Shown here: positions 1 through 10,454 of the stretch, in pieces
How the letters are laid out: the number at the start of each line of letters is the position of its first letter
Numbering within the stretch: the stretch's first letter is position 1
Assembly (NCBI GenBank): GCA_045646345.1
Contig: JAZRKN010000007.1
Location: forward strand, 39,652-103,651
Source of the DNA: Candidatus Scatovivens sp.
GTDB lineage: Bacteria; Bacillota; Clostridia; TANB77; CAG-508
Direction of reading: 5' to 3'
DNA length: 64,000 nucleotides
Position numbers and translations under genes: made by a program
Notes under the pieces: model-generated
What the model saw: only the letters and a program-made list of their open reading frames with translations
What the model was told of the DNA's origin: nothing
Databases searched by the model: none

Positions 1-197
1 TAAAGCAAACTATGTGCAATAAAGCTACTCTTGAATTAATAAAAAGAATTAAGAAAAAATTTGATAAATAGCAAAAGATATTTCAAATTTTAAATAAAAA
101 AGAATAGTATAAAAACTATTCTTTTTTTATTCAATTTATGATATATAATTTAGTAAGGAAAAGAACGGATATAAATATATTTAAAAAGGAGAAAAGT

Positions 198-740
198 ATG
201 GGGAAGAAAGTTATAATAATATCATCAACTATGAGAAAGAACGGAAATTCAGAAATACTTTGTAGAGAGTTTGCAGCTGGTGCTGAGAGTGCTGGAAATG
301 AAGTGGAAACTATATATCTTCGTGAACATGAAATAAATTTTTGTAAAGGATGTTGGGCTTGTAGAAAATTAAATAAATGTATAATAAATGATGGAATAAA
401 TCCACTTTTAGAAAAAATAAAAAATGCAGATGTATTAGTGTTTGGAACACCAATCTATTATTATAGTATGACAGGACAATTAAAAACGTTTTTAGATAGA
501 ATGTCACCAATTTATGATACAGAACATAGATTTAGAGATGTGTATTTGCTGGCAACTGCAGCAGATATGGAAATAGAAGCTGTAGATGGAGCTATAAAAG
601 AAATTAAAGGTTGGGTTGAATGTTTTGAAGAAGTAAAATTAGTAGGAGTTGTTTGTGGGACAGGTGCTTCTGAAATAGGTGACATTGAAAAAAGACCAGA
701 AAAATTAAAAGAGGTTTATAATTTAGGAAAAAATGTTTAA
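198..740 (+). CDS. Flavodoxin family / NADPH-dependent FMN reductase (iron-sulfur flavoprotein-like)
   Basis: SSTMRKNGNSE FMN loop, CKGCWAC...C cluster motif, TPIYYYSMTGQLKTFLDR; RBS AAGGAG before ATG 198. Confidence 0.85.
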   Translation: MGKKVIIISSTMRKNGNSEILCREFAAGAESAGNEVETIYLREHEINFCKGCWACRKLNKCIINDGINPLLEKIKNADVLVFGTPIYYYSMTGQLKTFLDRMSPIYDTEHRFRDVYLLATAADMEIEAVDGAIKEIKGWVECFEEVKLVGVVCGTGASEIGDIEKRPEKLKEVYNLGKNV

Positions 741-810
741 AGAAACTATATTGACTTTATATAGTTATATATTATAATTGAAATATAAAACCAAAGAAGG
801 AGAAATCAAT

Positions 811-1455
811 ATGAAAAAAGTATTTAAAATTTTAGTTCCAATAGTGATTGTAATTGCTGTTGTAGTTGGAGTTGCGTTATTTTTGAATAACTCAAAACCA
901 AAATCAAATTTACCAGAAATAACAAGCGGAGAAGATTTAGTTGCTTTAGTAAATAAAATTTATGAAGGAAAAACAGAAAATTTACCAATGTTAGATACAC
1001 AAATTTTAGATTTCGTAAATACACCAGAAACAGCACAATACGCAACTGATATTGAAGATTTTTCAGATATCGAATATGCAGTAGCGTCTTTGCCTATGAT
1101 GAATGCTCAAGCTTATTCTTTAACTATTTTAAAAGTTAAAGATGGAGCAAATGTTGAAGAAGTTGCTAAAATGGTAAACGAAAAAGCTCAATTAAATAGA
1201 TGGGTTTGTGTATGTGCAGATAAAGTATTAACAACAAGTTCTGGAAATGTAGTATTTTCAATAATGTCAAATGCAGAAACAGCTCAAACAATGTACGATT
1301 CATTTAAAGAGTTAGCAGGTGGTATTGGTCAAGAATATATAAGAGAATTTGAACAACCAGAAATGCCAGAAGATATGATGCCAGGAGACTTATTACCAGA
1401 AGATATGGAACCAGCAGCAGATGGAGATATGGAACCAGTTGTAACAGAAGAATAA
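811..1455 (+). CDS. Membrane-anchored exported protein, partner of the MBOAT/DHHW locus (DUF4358-like position)
   Basis: N-terminal hydrophobic anchor, RWVCVCAD motif, acidic Pro/Met-rich tail; RBS GAAGGAG before ATG 811. Confidence 0.6.
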   Translation: MKKVFKILVPIVIVIAVVVGVALFLNNSKPKSNLPEITSGEDLVALVNKIYEGKTENLPMLDTQILDFVNTPETAQYATDIEDFSDIEYAVASLPMMNAQAYSLTILKVKDGANVEEVAKMVNEKAQLNRWVCVCADKVLTTSSGNVVFSIMSNAETAQTMYDSFKELAGGIGQEYIREFEQPEMPEDMMPGDLLPEDMEPAADGDMEPVVTEE

Positions 1456-1464
1456 GATAATTGT

Positions 1465-1508
1465 AAAAAAAGATCGCCGGAGCAAATGAACGAATCGGCG
1501 ATTTTTTT
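1465..1508 (+). terminator. Terminator/attenuator-like hairpin between the exported-protein gene and the MBOAT gene
   Basis: gatcgccg...cggcgatt stem flanked by A-run and T-run; long 16-nt loop. Confidence 0.5.
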
Positions 1509-1524
1509 GAAGTTAGGAGAAAAA

Positions 1525-2910
1525 ATGATTTTTTCAAGCATAAGTTTTTTGTTTTATTTTTTACCAATTTTATTAATGGCATATTATGTGTTGCCTAAAA
1601 AGTGTAGAAATGTAGTTTTATTAGTGGCATCATTAATATTTTATTTTTATGGTGAGCCTAAATATATTTTATTAATGTTATTTACAATAATTCAAACATA
1701 TATTTTGGGAATACTAATTGATAAATATAAAGATAAATCTAAATATTTCTTGCTTATTTCTATAGTCATAAGTATAGGAATGCTTATTTACTTTAAGTAT
1801 ATTGATTTTATTATAGAAAATATTAATTTGTTTTTGAATAACAAATTATCATTTATGAATATAGCTTTGCCTATTGGGATTTCTTTTTATACGTTTCAAT
1901 TGTTAAGCTATATAATTGATGTATATAGAGGGAATTGTAAGGTTCAAAAAAATATATTTAAATTAGCATTATATATTTCTTTATTCCCACAACTTATAGC
2001 TGGTCCAATAGTAAGATATGTTGATGTAGCAGAACAAATTGAAGAAAGAAATCATTCTGTTGAAAAGTTTGCAGAGGGTGTTAGAAGATTTGTGATTGGA
2101 CTTGGAAAAAAAGTTTTAATAGCAAATATCTGCGGTGAATTTAACAATGCATTTTTATTAAGTTTAGAGAAAAGTGTTATATTTTATTGGGCATATGGGG
2201 TTTCTGTGATGCTTCAAATTTATTTTGATTTTTCAGGTTATTCAGATATGGCAATAGGACTTGGGAAAATGTTCGGATTTGATTTTATGGAAAACTTCAA
2301 TTATCCATATATAGCAAAAAGTATTACAGATTTTTGGAGAAGATGGCATATTTCTTTGAGCAGTTGGTTTAAAGATTATGTATATATTCCGCTTGGAGGA
2401 AACAGAGTATGTAAAGCAAAATGGATTCGTAATATTTTTATTGTTTGGATGTTAACGGGACTATGGCATGGAGCAGAGTGGAATTTCTTAATATGGGGCT
2501 TGTATTTTGGATGTATTTTGTTAATTGAAAAATTGTGGTTAGGAAAAATTTTAGAAAAAACGCCTCAAGTAATTTCTAGAATTTACGTTATATTAACTGT
2601 TATGATAAGTTTTATAATATTTAATAGTGAAAGTTTTATTCAAGTGAGAGAAAATGTATTTGGATTAATTGGAATTAATAATGTACCAATGATTTCAAAT
2701 GAAAGTATCTATTATATTAAAAGTTATTTAAGTATTTTCTTAATAGGAATATTAGGTTCAACACCGCTAATGAAAAAAATAGTGACTACTAAGAAAGTAG
2801 AAAAGATTGCTAAAGTTTTAGAACCAGTGTTTTTAATAGCAATATTGTTTATTAGTACAAGTTATATTGTGGATGGATCATTTAATCCGTTTTTATATTT
2901 TAGATTTTAA
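1525..2910 (+). CDS. MBOAT family O-acyltransferase (AlgI/DltB-like)
   Basis: LPIGISFYTFQ, FPQLIAGPIVRY, YFDFSGYSDMAIG, DFWRRWHISLS, GLWHGA motifs; ends FNPFLYFRF. Confidence 0.93.
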   Translation: MIFSSISFLFYFLPILLMAYYVLPKKCRNVVLLVASLIFYFYGEPKYILLMLFTIIQTYILGILIDKYKDKSKYFLLISIVISIGMLIYFKYIDFIIENINLFLNNKLSFMNIALPIGISFYTFQLLSYIIDVYRGNCKVQKNIFKLALYISLFPQLIAGPIVRYVDVAEQIEERNHSVEKFAEGVRRFVIGLGKKVLIANICGEFNNAFLLSLEKSVIFYWAYGVSVMLQIYFDFSGYSDMAIGLGKMFGFDFMENFNYPYIAKSITDFWRRWHISLSSWFKDYVYIPLGGNRVCKAKWIRNIFIVWMLTGLWHGAEWNFLIWGLYFGCILLIEKLWLGKILEKTPQVISRIYVILTVMISFIIFNSESFIQVRENVFGLIGINNVPMISNESIYYIKSYLSIFLIGILGSTPLMKKIVTTKKVEKIAKVLEPVFLIAILFISTSYIVDGSFNPFLYFRF

Positions 2911-2921
2911 AAGGAGGGGCT

Positions 2922-4004
2922 ATGATAAGAAAAAATAGTATTATAATAACTATAATTTTTGTAACAATTTTAATATTAACATTTTTATTAAACATTTTTA
3001 CAGAAGATAATACAATTTCAGAATCAGAAAGAAGAAAATTAGCCCAATTACCAGAAATATCTTTTGAAGGTTTAATAAACGGAAAAACAATAAAAGAATT
3101 TGAAGATTATACAGTAGATCAATTCATTTTTAGAGAGTTTTTTAGGAATGCTAAATCTTTTTGGAGTAGAAATATTTTTATGCAAAAAGATGATAATAAA
3201 TTCTTCGTAAAAGACAATGGATTGTATAAAATGGAATATCCTCTAAAAGAAAATAATGTACAAAATACTGCAAAAAAAATAAAAAGAGTATACGATAAAT
3301 ATTTACAAGGCCAAAATGTTTATTATGCAATAATTCCTGATAAAAATTATTATTTGGAAAATGATAGTCATTTAAAAATTAATTATTTAAAATTAAAAAA
3401 TATAATGCAGGAAAATTTAAATGATTTAACATATATAGATATATGGGATAAACTTGAAATTGGTGATTATTACAGAACAGATTTACATTGGAAACAAGAA
3501 AATTTAGTTAAAATTGTAAATGAATTTGAAAAAGAAATGGATTTGGATATAACATTAAATAGTTATTATGAAAAAGAAAATATAGGAGAATATTATGGAA
3601 CATATTATTCTCAGGTTTCAAACAATGTTGGCCCAGATGAAATGCATATTTTGACAAATGAAATTATAGAAAATTGTACGACATATAATTATGAGAAAAA
3701 AGAAACTAATAAGGTATATAATTTAAAGAAAAAAATAGATAAATATGATACTTATTTGTCTGGAGCAACAGCAATAATTGAAATTAATAATTCATATAGA
3801 AAAGATGATAAAGAATTAATAATTTTTAGAGATTCTTTTGGAAGCAGTATAGCTCCGTTATTTATAGAAAATTATAAAAAAATAACTTTAATTGATTTAA
3901 GATATGTATCAGCAGATGTATTAGAACAGTATGTGAAGTTTGATAAGCAAGATGTAATCTTTTTATACAGTACAGTAATATTAAATCAAAATATACTAAA
4001 ATAA
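2922..4004 (+). CDS. DHHW family protein (AlgJ/AlgX-like SGNH-type acyltransferase partner)
   Basis: N-terminal anchor, SESERRKLAQLP, YYRTDLHW, IFRDSFGSS, IDLRY; directly follows the MBOAT gene. Confidence 0.8.
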   Translation: MIRKNSIIITIIFVTILILTFLLNIFTEDNTISESERRKLAQLPEISFEGLINGKTIKEFEDYTVDQFIFREFFRNAKSFWSRNIFMQKDDNKFFVKDNGLYKMEYPLKENNVQNTAKKIKRVYDKYLQGQNVYYAIIPDKNYYLENDSHLKINYLKLKNIMQENLNDLTYIDIWDKLEIGDYYRTDLHWKQENLVKIVNEFEKEMDLDITLNSYYEKENIGEYYGTYYSQVSNNVGPDEMHILTNEIIENCTTYNYEKKETNKVYNLKKKIDKYDTYLSGATAIIEINNSYRKDDKELIIFRDSFGSSIAPLFIENYKKITLIDLRYVSADVLEQYVKFDKQDVIFLYSTVILNQNILK

Positions 4005-4017
4005 GGATGGAGGATTT

Positions 4018-5247
4018 ATGAAGAAAATGAAAAAAAGTTTGCTTATAACAAATATCTCTAAAGTGTGTGCTCTTGCTTTTTTTATAATTTATTTTATGGT
4101 ACCAGCATATATATCTTCAAAAACAAGTCTTTCAGGAAAAACAGAGAGAATGAATCTTTATATATTAATGTTTTCTCAATGCGTGTGTTGGTCAATACAT
4201 TTTGTTAGTTTACGCATTTATAAAACAGATAGCCATAAAAAGCTTTCTATTGTGCCAGAAGAATGTATGTCAGAAGAATTTAATAAATTATATGAAATTC
4301 TTAAACAAGAACGTTTAGAAGATTTGAATTTACTTAAAAAATATTCACCACTTATAAAGGTTTTAAAGTGGAGTGCAATTGCTGTGGCTGTTTCTCTATT
4401 TTTTATTGGACTTTCGCTTTCTACATATATAGATATAATAGTTTTTTGGTTGTGTATGTTTGCTGCAATTTTAATGGGAGTGGCATATTGCGTATTGGAA
4501 TTTAACGATATTAAATTTGACGAAAACTACAAAGCGTATTATAAAAGAAATTGTATTAAGCATTTTATTAAATTTGTTAATCCTAATTTTGTGTATGAGC
4601 CACAAAATTCAAATAAAGAAGAGAGTATGAAATTATTATATGATGCTTCGAAATGTGATGATATAAAAGGTACGGACTATCTTTTGGATGATTATATTGA
4701 ATGTAATTTAGATGATGAGACTGTTTTAAAACTAATTGATATGCATGTAATAGCAGCATATGTTCACGAAGAAGAAGTTATAAACGGAATAAAACATGTT
4801 CATAATTATAAGCCGAGTAAACCAATTGAATTGTTTGAAGGAATATTTGGTGTACTAGAAAACAAACATTATATTAAGAATCATTTAAGAATTCATAATT
4901 CAGATAAAGAATATAATCAAAGTAAATTAAAAATCAGTATGGACAGCGCAGAGTTTGAAGAGTATTTTAATGTGCTTTGCAGTGATAAAATTTTGGCAGC
5001 AAGAATAGTAACTGCTGAGATAATGGAAATGTTAGTCGAGTTTTATAAGAAATATTATTTGGAATTTGAAATAATATTATATGAAGATAAAATATACATG
5101 AGATTTTTTACAGGAAAAATGTTTGAACCAGAAATGTTTGGTGATGTATTAACCAAAGAAACTTTGGCTACATATTATACGTTGCTACAATTTATAATAG
5201 AGATATCAAAAGAAATAGATAAAGTAATGAAAAATTTTGAACTATAG
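4018..5247 (+). CDS. Membrane protein, DUF3137-like
   Basis: N-terminal TM segments; C-terminal MDSAEFEEYFNV...AARIVTAEIME pattern. Confidence 0.6.
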   Translation: MKKMKKSLLITNISKVCALAFFIIYFMVPAYISSKTSLSGKTERMNLYILMFSQCVCWSIHFVSLRIYKTDSHKKLSIVPEECMSEEFNKLYEILKQERLEDLNLLKKYSPLIKVLKWSAIAVAVSLFFIGLSLSTYIDIIVFWLCMFAAILMGVAYCVLEFNDIKFDENYKAYYKRNCIKHFIKFVNPNFVYEPQNSNKEESMKLLYDASKCDDIKGTDYLLDDYIECNLDDETVLKLIDMHVIAAYVHEEEVINGIKHVHNYKPSKPIELFEGIFGVLENKHYIKNHLRIHNSDKEYNQSKLKISMDSAEFEEYFNVLCSDKILAARIVTAEIMEMLVEFYKKYYLEFEIILYEDKIYMRFFTGKMFEPEMFGDVLTKETLATYYTLLQFIIEISKEIDKVMKNFEL

Positions 5248-5277
5248 AAAGAAGTACAATTTGTACTTCTTTTTTTA
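5248..5277 (+). terminator. Rho-independent terminator
   Basis: aagaagtaca-att-tgtacttctt followed by T-run. Confidence 0.8.
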
Positions 5278-5292
5278 TAAACAATAAATAAC

Positions 5293-5321
5293 TTGAATTT
5301 AAAGAAGAAATGATGTATACT
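5293..5321 (+). promoter_or_regulatory. Sigma-A-type promoter of the DNA methyltransferase gene
   Basis: TTGAAT-17 bp-TATACT. Confidence 0.65.
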
Positions 5322-5372
5322 AAAAAAGATAAAAGTTTACATAACAATCAATCATGCTGAAAGGAGTTTTTT

Positions 5373-6278
5373 ATGAGCTTATATTATGAATGTGATGGAA
5401 TACAAATCTATCACAATGACAACTTAGAACTTTTACGGAGGCTTAAAGATGGAAGCGTAAATTTGATTTACTGCGACATTTTGTACAACACAGGAAAGAT
5501 TTTTGATGACTACAATGACAATCTGGGATCTCCCAAGGAGGCTATTGAATGGTATAGACCTCGTTTTGAAGAGATGAAGAGGGTTCTTGCAAACAACGGA
5601 AGTATCTTTATTCATTGCAACTGGAGATTAGACTCGTATATTCGAATCCTTATGGATGAAATTTTTGGAGGAAAGAATTACAGAAATAGAATTTTCAGAA
5701 AGCATAGTGAAGAAAGAGGATTCTATTCTAATTTTGACTCCCAAGTAGACAGCATTTTCTACTACGTGAAAGACTGCAACAATTTTGTTTTCAATGAGCA
5801 AATTGGTAAAAAACCTCAACTTGTTCCGCTGTTTGAAAATGGATATCTGGAAGGTCGTTCAGAAGTGAGGTTTTTTGAAGGAGTTCTTATTGACTTAGAG
5901 GCAAAGAATAAACATTGGCTGATTAGTCAAAAACAATTTAATGCTATGAGGGCTGCTGGACAAATTCAATTGATTAACGGTCTGCCTTACAGATTTAGTA
6001 GAGTTGTTCCTATGGGAAACCTCTGGTCTGAACCAGAAATGCTTGATGCATATACCAGAACAGATACTGCAAAAGTTTATGATACTCCTAAGCCAGAAGC
6101 GGTTTTAGAGAGGATCATCAGAACATGCAGTAATGAAGGGGATGTTGTAGCAGACTTTTTTATGGGAGGAGGAACTACTGCTGTTGTAGCTAAAAAACTG
6201 AAAAGAAAAGGAATTTTCTGTGATATCAGTCAAAAGGCGTGCTGTGCAGCAACCTTGAAACTTGAAGGAATTAAATAA
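5373..6278 (+). CDS. Orphan N6A/N4C DNA methyltransferase (beta class)
   Basis: Motif IV position LIYCDILYNTG near the N-terminus; YDTPKPEAVLERII and motif I VADFFMGGGTT near the C-terminus. Confidence 0.85.
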   Translation: MSLYYECDGIQIYHNDNLELLRRLKDGSVNLIYCDILYNTGKIFDDYNDNLGSPKEAIEWYRPRFEEMKRVLANNGSIFIHCNWRLDSYIRILMDEIFGGKNYRNRIFRKHSEERGFYSNFDSQVDSIFYYVKDCNNFVFNEQIGKKPQLVPLFENGYLEGRSEVRFFEGVLIDLEAKNKHWLISQKQFNAMRAAGQIQLINGLPYRFSRVVPMGNLWSEPEMLDAYTRTDTAKVYDTPKPEAVLERIIRTCSNEGDVVADFFMGGGTTAVVAKKLKRKGIFCDISQKACCAATLKLEGIK

Positions 6279-6306
6279 TGATTGATGCTGGATAAAACCA
6301 GAAAAA

Positions 6307-6347
6307 ATGCTCACGTGGTAAAAATTTACTGCGTGAGTGTTTTTTTT
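6307..6347 (+). terminator. Rho-independent terminator
   Basis: atgctcacgtggtaaa/tttactgcgtgagtgt stem plus T-run. Confidence 0.8.
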
Positions 6348-6487
6348 ACTAAAAAATTACAACATTATGTTTTTTAAAATATATTTTTGTAACATTTGAA
6401 AATTTAATGCATGCATGTGATAAAATTTTAATGATAAATTTTGGTATTAACTTTTTATATAAAATAAACAAAAGAAAGGAAGAAAAT

Positions 6488-8188
6488 ATGAAAAAAATAA
6501 TTTCAAAAATGACAGCGGTTATGATGATTACGTTGCTTTTTATGGCATTGTCGATTGTAGAATTAAAAATAAGTGAAGCAACTTATTTGAGTGGTTCGCT
6601 AGAGTTGGGAACGTTAATCATTCATAAAGAAGTAGACGGAACACCAATACAAGGAACAATTTTTGATGTTTATAAAGTAGATGATGAAACAATATCAACT
6701 GCGACTCCTACAGATTCTGAAGTAATTGCAACAAAACAAACAATAATAACAGATACAACTGGAGAAGCTAGTCTATTAATTGAAGATATGGGTAGATATC
6801 TAGTAGTAGAAACTTCAAGTGCAAATACTACAAAAAGAATTGCAAACTTTTTGGTCGATGTTCCTACTACAGTGCCAGGAAATTCTACTGACACATTAGA
6901 ATATGTTGTTGAAGTTTATCCTAAAAGTGAAACATCATATGGAGAAGTTACTTTAACGAATATTGGTAAAACAGCAACAGCAACAGAAAATTTAGTAGGC
7001 TCTACATTTAAATTACAAAAATTATCAGGAACAACTTGGGAAGATACAACAAATGAAGTTTTAACGACTGATTCAAATGGACAAATTAAAGTGTCTGGAT
7101 TGGATATAGGTTCTTATAGATTTATTCAACAATCAGTTTTAAATAACTATATATTGGATAATAAAACTGTATATGAATTTGATGTAACAGCAGATTTGAC
7201 AGGAGAATTACTTGTTTCAAATCCATCAATAGAAGTTGTAAATGAAAAACCAACTTTAACAAAAGAGATAACAAGTTCATTAGTTAACGGAAGTGTTAAA
7301 ATAGGACAAGAGGTTAATTATAAATTAACAATTGATTTAATTCCAGAGGTACTTGAAAGATTAAATACTTTTGAAATAAAAGATATCTTACCAGAAGGAT
7401 TAAACTATAAAGAAAATTCGTTAAATGTAAGTTTAGTGATGCCTACAACACCAAAAGCTATATGGCAAGAAATTTGGTATGAGTATGATTATGATGCTAC
7501 CGATAGAGCATTAACAGTTGATATTTTAGATAGAAATTATGCCAAAAACGGAGATTCAATAGAAATTACTTATACAGCAATTGTTTCAGAAGATGCATTA
7601 GCAAATGAAAATGGTATGAAAAACATTGCAACTTTAACATATTCTTTAATAGTTGATAAAGACCATGATGATCAAGTAAATACAGAAAAGGCAGAAACTT
7701 TAATTGATGATGTAACAGTTTATACTGGAGGATTTTGGGTTTTAAAAGTTGCTCAAAGAGAAGATGGAGAACCTTTGGCTGGAGCTGTATTTAAAATAGC
7801 TGCTACAGAAACTTATGCTAAAGCAGGAATATTTATAAAAGATGCTTCAGGTAATGAAATAGAGATAGTATCAGGACAAGATGGAAAAGCTTCATATAAA
7901 GGTTTAGAATTAGGAACATATTGGCTTGTAGAAGTTAAAGCACCAACATATGAAGAAAATGGAGAAACAAAATCATACAATTTGTTAAGATCTCCACAAG
8001 AAATAGAAGTTACAAAAACATCATACGAATCAACAACGCCTGCAAAAATAATTATAAATAAAACTGGAATTCAATTACCAGCTACTGGTGGTGTAGGTGC
8101 TGCAATTATAATTACATTAGGATTAGTTTTTGTTGTAATTGGTGTTAAAACAATGAAAGATGATTCTAAAAAAAGTGTGAAAAAATAA
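6488..8188 (+). CDS. Sortase-assembled backbone pilin (SpaA/isopeptide-domain LPXTG protein)
   Basis: Signal peptide, pilin motif VYPK, E-box YWLVEVKAP, LPATG plus TM plus basic tail. Confidence 0.88.
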   Translation: MKKIISKMTAVMMITLLFMALSIVELKISEATYLSGSLELGTLIIHKEVDGTPIQGTIFDVYKVDDETISTATPTDSEVIATKQTIITDTTGEASLLIEDMGRYLVVETSSANTTKRIANFLVDVPTTVPGNSTDTLEYVVEVYPKSETSYGEVTLTNIGKTATATENLVGSTFKLQKLSGTTWEDTTNEVLTTDSNGQIKVSGLDIGSYRFIQQSVLNNYILDNKTVYEFDVTADLTGELLVSNPSIEVVNEKPTLTKEITSSLVNGSVKIGQEVNYKLTIDLIPEVLERLNTFEIKDILPEGLNYKENSLNVSLVMPTTPKAIWQEIWYEYDYDATDRALTVDILDRNYAKNGDSIEITYTAIVSEDALANENGMKNIATLTYSLIVDKDHDDQVNTEKAETLIDDVTVYTGGFWVLKVAQREDGEPLAGAVFKIAATETYAKAGIFIKDASGNEIEIVSGQDGKASYKGLELGTYWLVEVKAPTYEENGETKSYNLLRSPQEIEVTKTSYESTTPAKIIINKTGIQLPATGGVGAAIIITLGLVFVVIGVKTMKDDSKKSVKK

Positions 8189-8286
8189 CAAAAAATAATT
8201 AATAACAATAATAAAAGGGTAGCAATTTTGCTACCCTTTAGTTATAATTATTATATAAATTTTAAAATATACTTTGGAGGAAAAAG

Positions 8287-9228
8287 TTGAAAAAAAATAA
8301 AATTGGATTGATTATATTATTAATCGGATTAATTTTAATGTTATATCCATTATTGTCAGATATATTATTTTCATACAATCATTCAACAGCAATTTCCAAA
8401 TACGAAGAAAATGTTACTATAAAAGCTAAAGATGAAATTCTTAAAATGAAAGAAGAATCAGAAAAATATAATCAAGAATTAAAGGATTCAGAAAAAGGAC
8501 AGGTAAAAACACCAGATGAAGTTACAGAAAAAGGTGTTAGCTATCTAAATTTACTTAATCAAGGGGATGTTTTAGGATATATAAAAATACCTAAGATTGA
8601 TGTTAATTTACCAATATATCATGGTGTTAGCAACAATATTTTAGAAACTGGAATTGGTCATATGGAAAGAACATCATTGCCAACAGGAAAAACAAATTCT
8701 CATTGTGTTCTTGCAGGACATTCTGGATTAATGAAATCAAGACTTTTTGATGATATTGATAAGCTAGAAATTGGAGATATATTTTTAATAACTGTTTTAG
8801 ATGAAACATATGCTTATGAAGTAGATCAAATTAAAGTTGTAGAACCAAAAGAAACAAAAGATATTGAAATTGTAGAAGGAAAAGAATATGTAACGCTATT
8901 AACTTGTGTACCATATGGAATAAATTCTCATAGATTATTGGTTAGAGGAACTGGAATTGATGAGACAACATTACCAAAAGAAAAATTGGTAGAGGAAAAG
9001 TTTGCACAAGAGAATCCTGAAGTAAAAGAAGAAATTCGCGAAAAAACGGATAAAAAAGTTATTTTAGATATAACAACAGTCATTGAAAAAATTCGTATAG
9101 CGCTTATTATAATATTTGTAATTGCTATTATAATAGTAAAATTATATTTAAATGATTATGATAAAAGAATAAAAAAAAGAATAAGAAAAATAAAAGAAAA
9201 TGAAGAAGTAAGTGATACTAATAAGTAA
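8287..9228 (+). CDS. srtC: Class C (pilus) sortase
   Basis: IPKIDVNLPIYHG, GHMERTSLPTG, LAGHSG, TLLTCVPYGINSHRLLVRG; N- and C-terminal TM; TTG start with GGAGG. Confidence 0.92.
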   Translation: MKKNKIGLIILLIGLILMLYPLLSDILFSYNHSTAISKYEENVTIKAKDEILKMKEESEKYNQELKDSEKGQVKTPDEVTEKGVSYLNLLNQGDVLGYIKIPKIDVNLPIYHGVSNNILETGIGHMERTSLPTGKTNSHCVLAGHSGLMKSRLFDDIDKLEIGDIFLITVLDETYAYEVDQIKVVEPKETKDIEIVEGKEYVTLLTCVPYGINSHRLLVRGTGIDETTLPKEKLVEEKFAQENPEVKEEIREKTDKKVILDITTVIEKIRIALIIIFVIAIIIVKLYLNDYDKRIKKRIRKIKENEEVSDTNK

Positions 9229-9241
9229 AGGAGAAATGTTT

Positions 9242-10369
9242 ATGGAGCAAAACGAAAAAAAAGAAATGAAAAAATGGACTCAATTGATATTATTGGCATT
9301 AATTGGATATTTAGTTGTACAAAATATTTCTATAATAGGAATTGGAATATCATTTTTTATAAGTATAATTAGTCCGTTTGTAATTGGTGCTTGTTTAGCT
9401 TTTATTATTAATATACCAATGGGATTTTTTGAGCTAAACTTAAAAAAATTTAAAACCAAAAAAGGAAAAAAACTAAATAAAAATTTTATAAGATTTGTGT
9501 CTTTGATATTAGCGATTGTAGTAATTGTTTTTATAATTACATTAATTATTAATTTAATATTACCTGAAATTATAAATATATTTAGATTGTTAGTAGATAA
9601 CTTTCCGACTTATTCAGAAAAAATAAAAGAATTTGCTACAACAATAACAAAAGACTTTCCTGAAATAAATGAAGTTATTAAAGGAATAGATGTTAGTGAC
9701 AAAGAACTTCAAAAACAAGCTAAAAATTTAGTAACGAACTTTTTGTCAACATCTGTATCTTTTGTAGGTAACTTGATTGGTAATGTAATTAATTTTATAG
9801 TTTCTATTGTTTTTTCTATATATATATTAACAGGTAAAGAAAAATTAAAAATGCAGGCGAAAAAAATATTAAAAGCATATTTAAAACCAGAAATAGCAGA
9901 AAGTACAATTGAATTAGGAAGAACTTCAAGAAATATATTTAAGAATTTTATAACTGGACAATGTTTGGAAGCGGTTATATTAGGAACACTTAGTATAATA
10001 GGAATGTTTATATTTCAAATTCCGTATGCAGTTCCAATAGGTGTTTTGATAGGAGTAACAGCACTTATTCCGATTGTAGGAGCGTTTATAGGAATAATAA
10101 TTGGGGCGATATTAATTTTATCAGTAGAACCAGTAAAAGTTTTAACATTTATAATTTTTATATTAATATTACAACAAATAGAAGGAAATTTGATTTATCC
10201 AAAGGTTGTAGGAACTTCAGTTGGATTACCAGGAATGTGGGTTTTAGTTGCTGTTGCAATAGGTGGAGATTTGTTTGGCGTAGTAGGAATGCTTTTAGGT
10301 CTTCCAATTGCTTCTGTTTTATACACAATTTTAAAAAATGATGTAAATAAAAGATTAAAAAATAAATAA
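9242..10369 (+). CDS. AI-2E family transporter (UPF0118)
   Basis: Multi-TM; LIPIVGAFIG and QQIEGNLIYPKVVG motifs. Confidence 0.88.
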   Translation: MEQNEKKEMKKWTQLILLALIGYLVVQNISIIGIGISFFISIISPFVIGACLAFIINIPMGFFELNLKKFKTKKGKKLNKNFIRFVSLILAIVVIVFIITLIINLILPEIINIFRLLVDNFPTYSEKIKEFATTITKDFPEINEVIKGIDVSDKELQKQAKNLVTNFLSTSVSFVGNLIGNVINFIVSIVFSIYILTGKEKLKMQAKKILKAYLKPEIAESTIELGRTSRNIFKNFITGQCLEAVILGTLSIIGMFIFQIPYAVPIGVLIGVTALIPIVGAFIGIIIGAILILSVEPVKVLTFIIFILILQQIEGNLIYPKVVGTSVGLPGMWVLVAVAIGGDLFGVVGMLLGLPIASVLYTILKNDVNKRLKNK

Positions 10370-10454
10370 TTCACAAATAGGGCACAAATAAATCATTATA
10401 TATTCAAAGAATCTATATAATATATTGCTAATTTCTTTAAAGGAGGAATTATGT

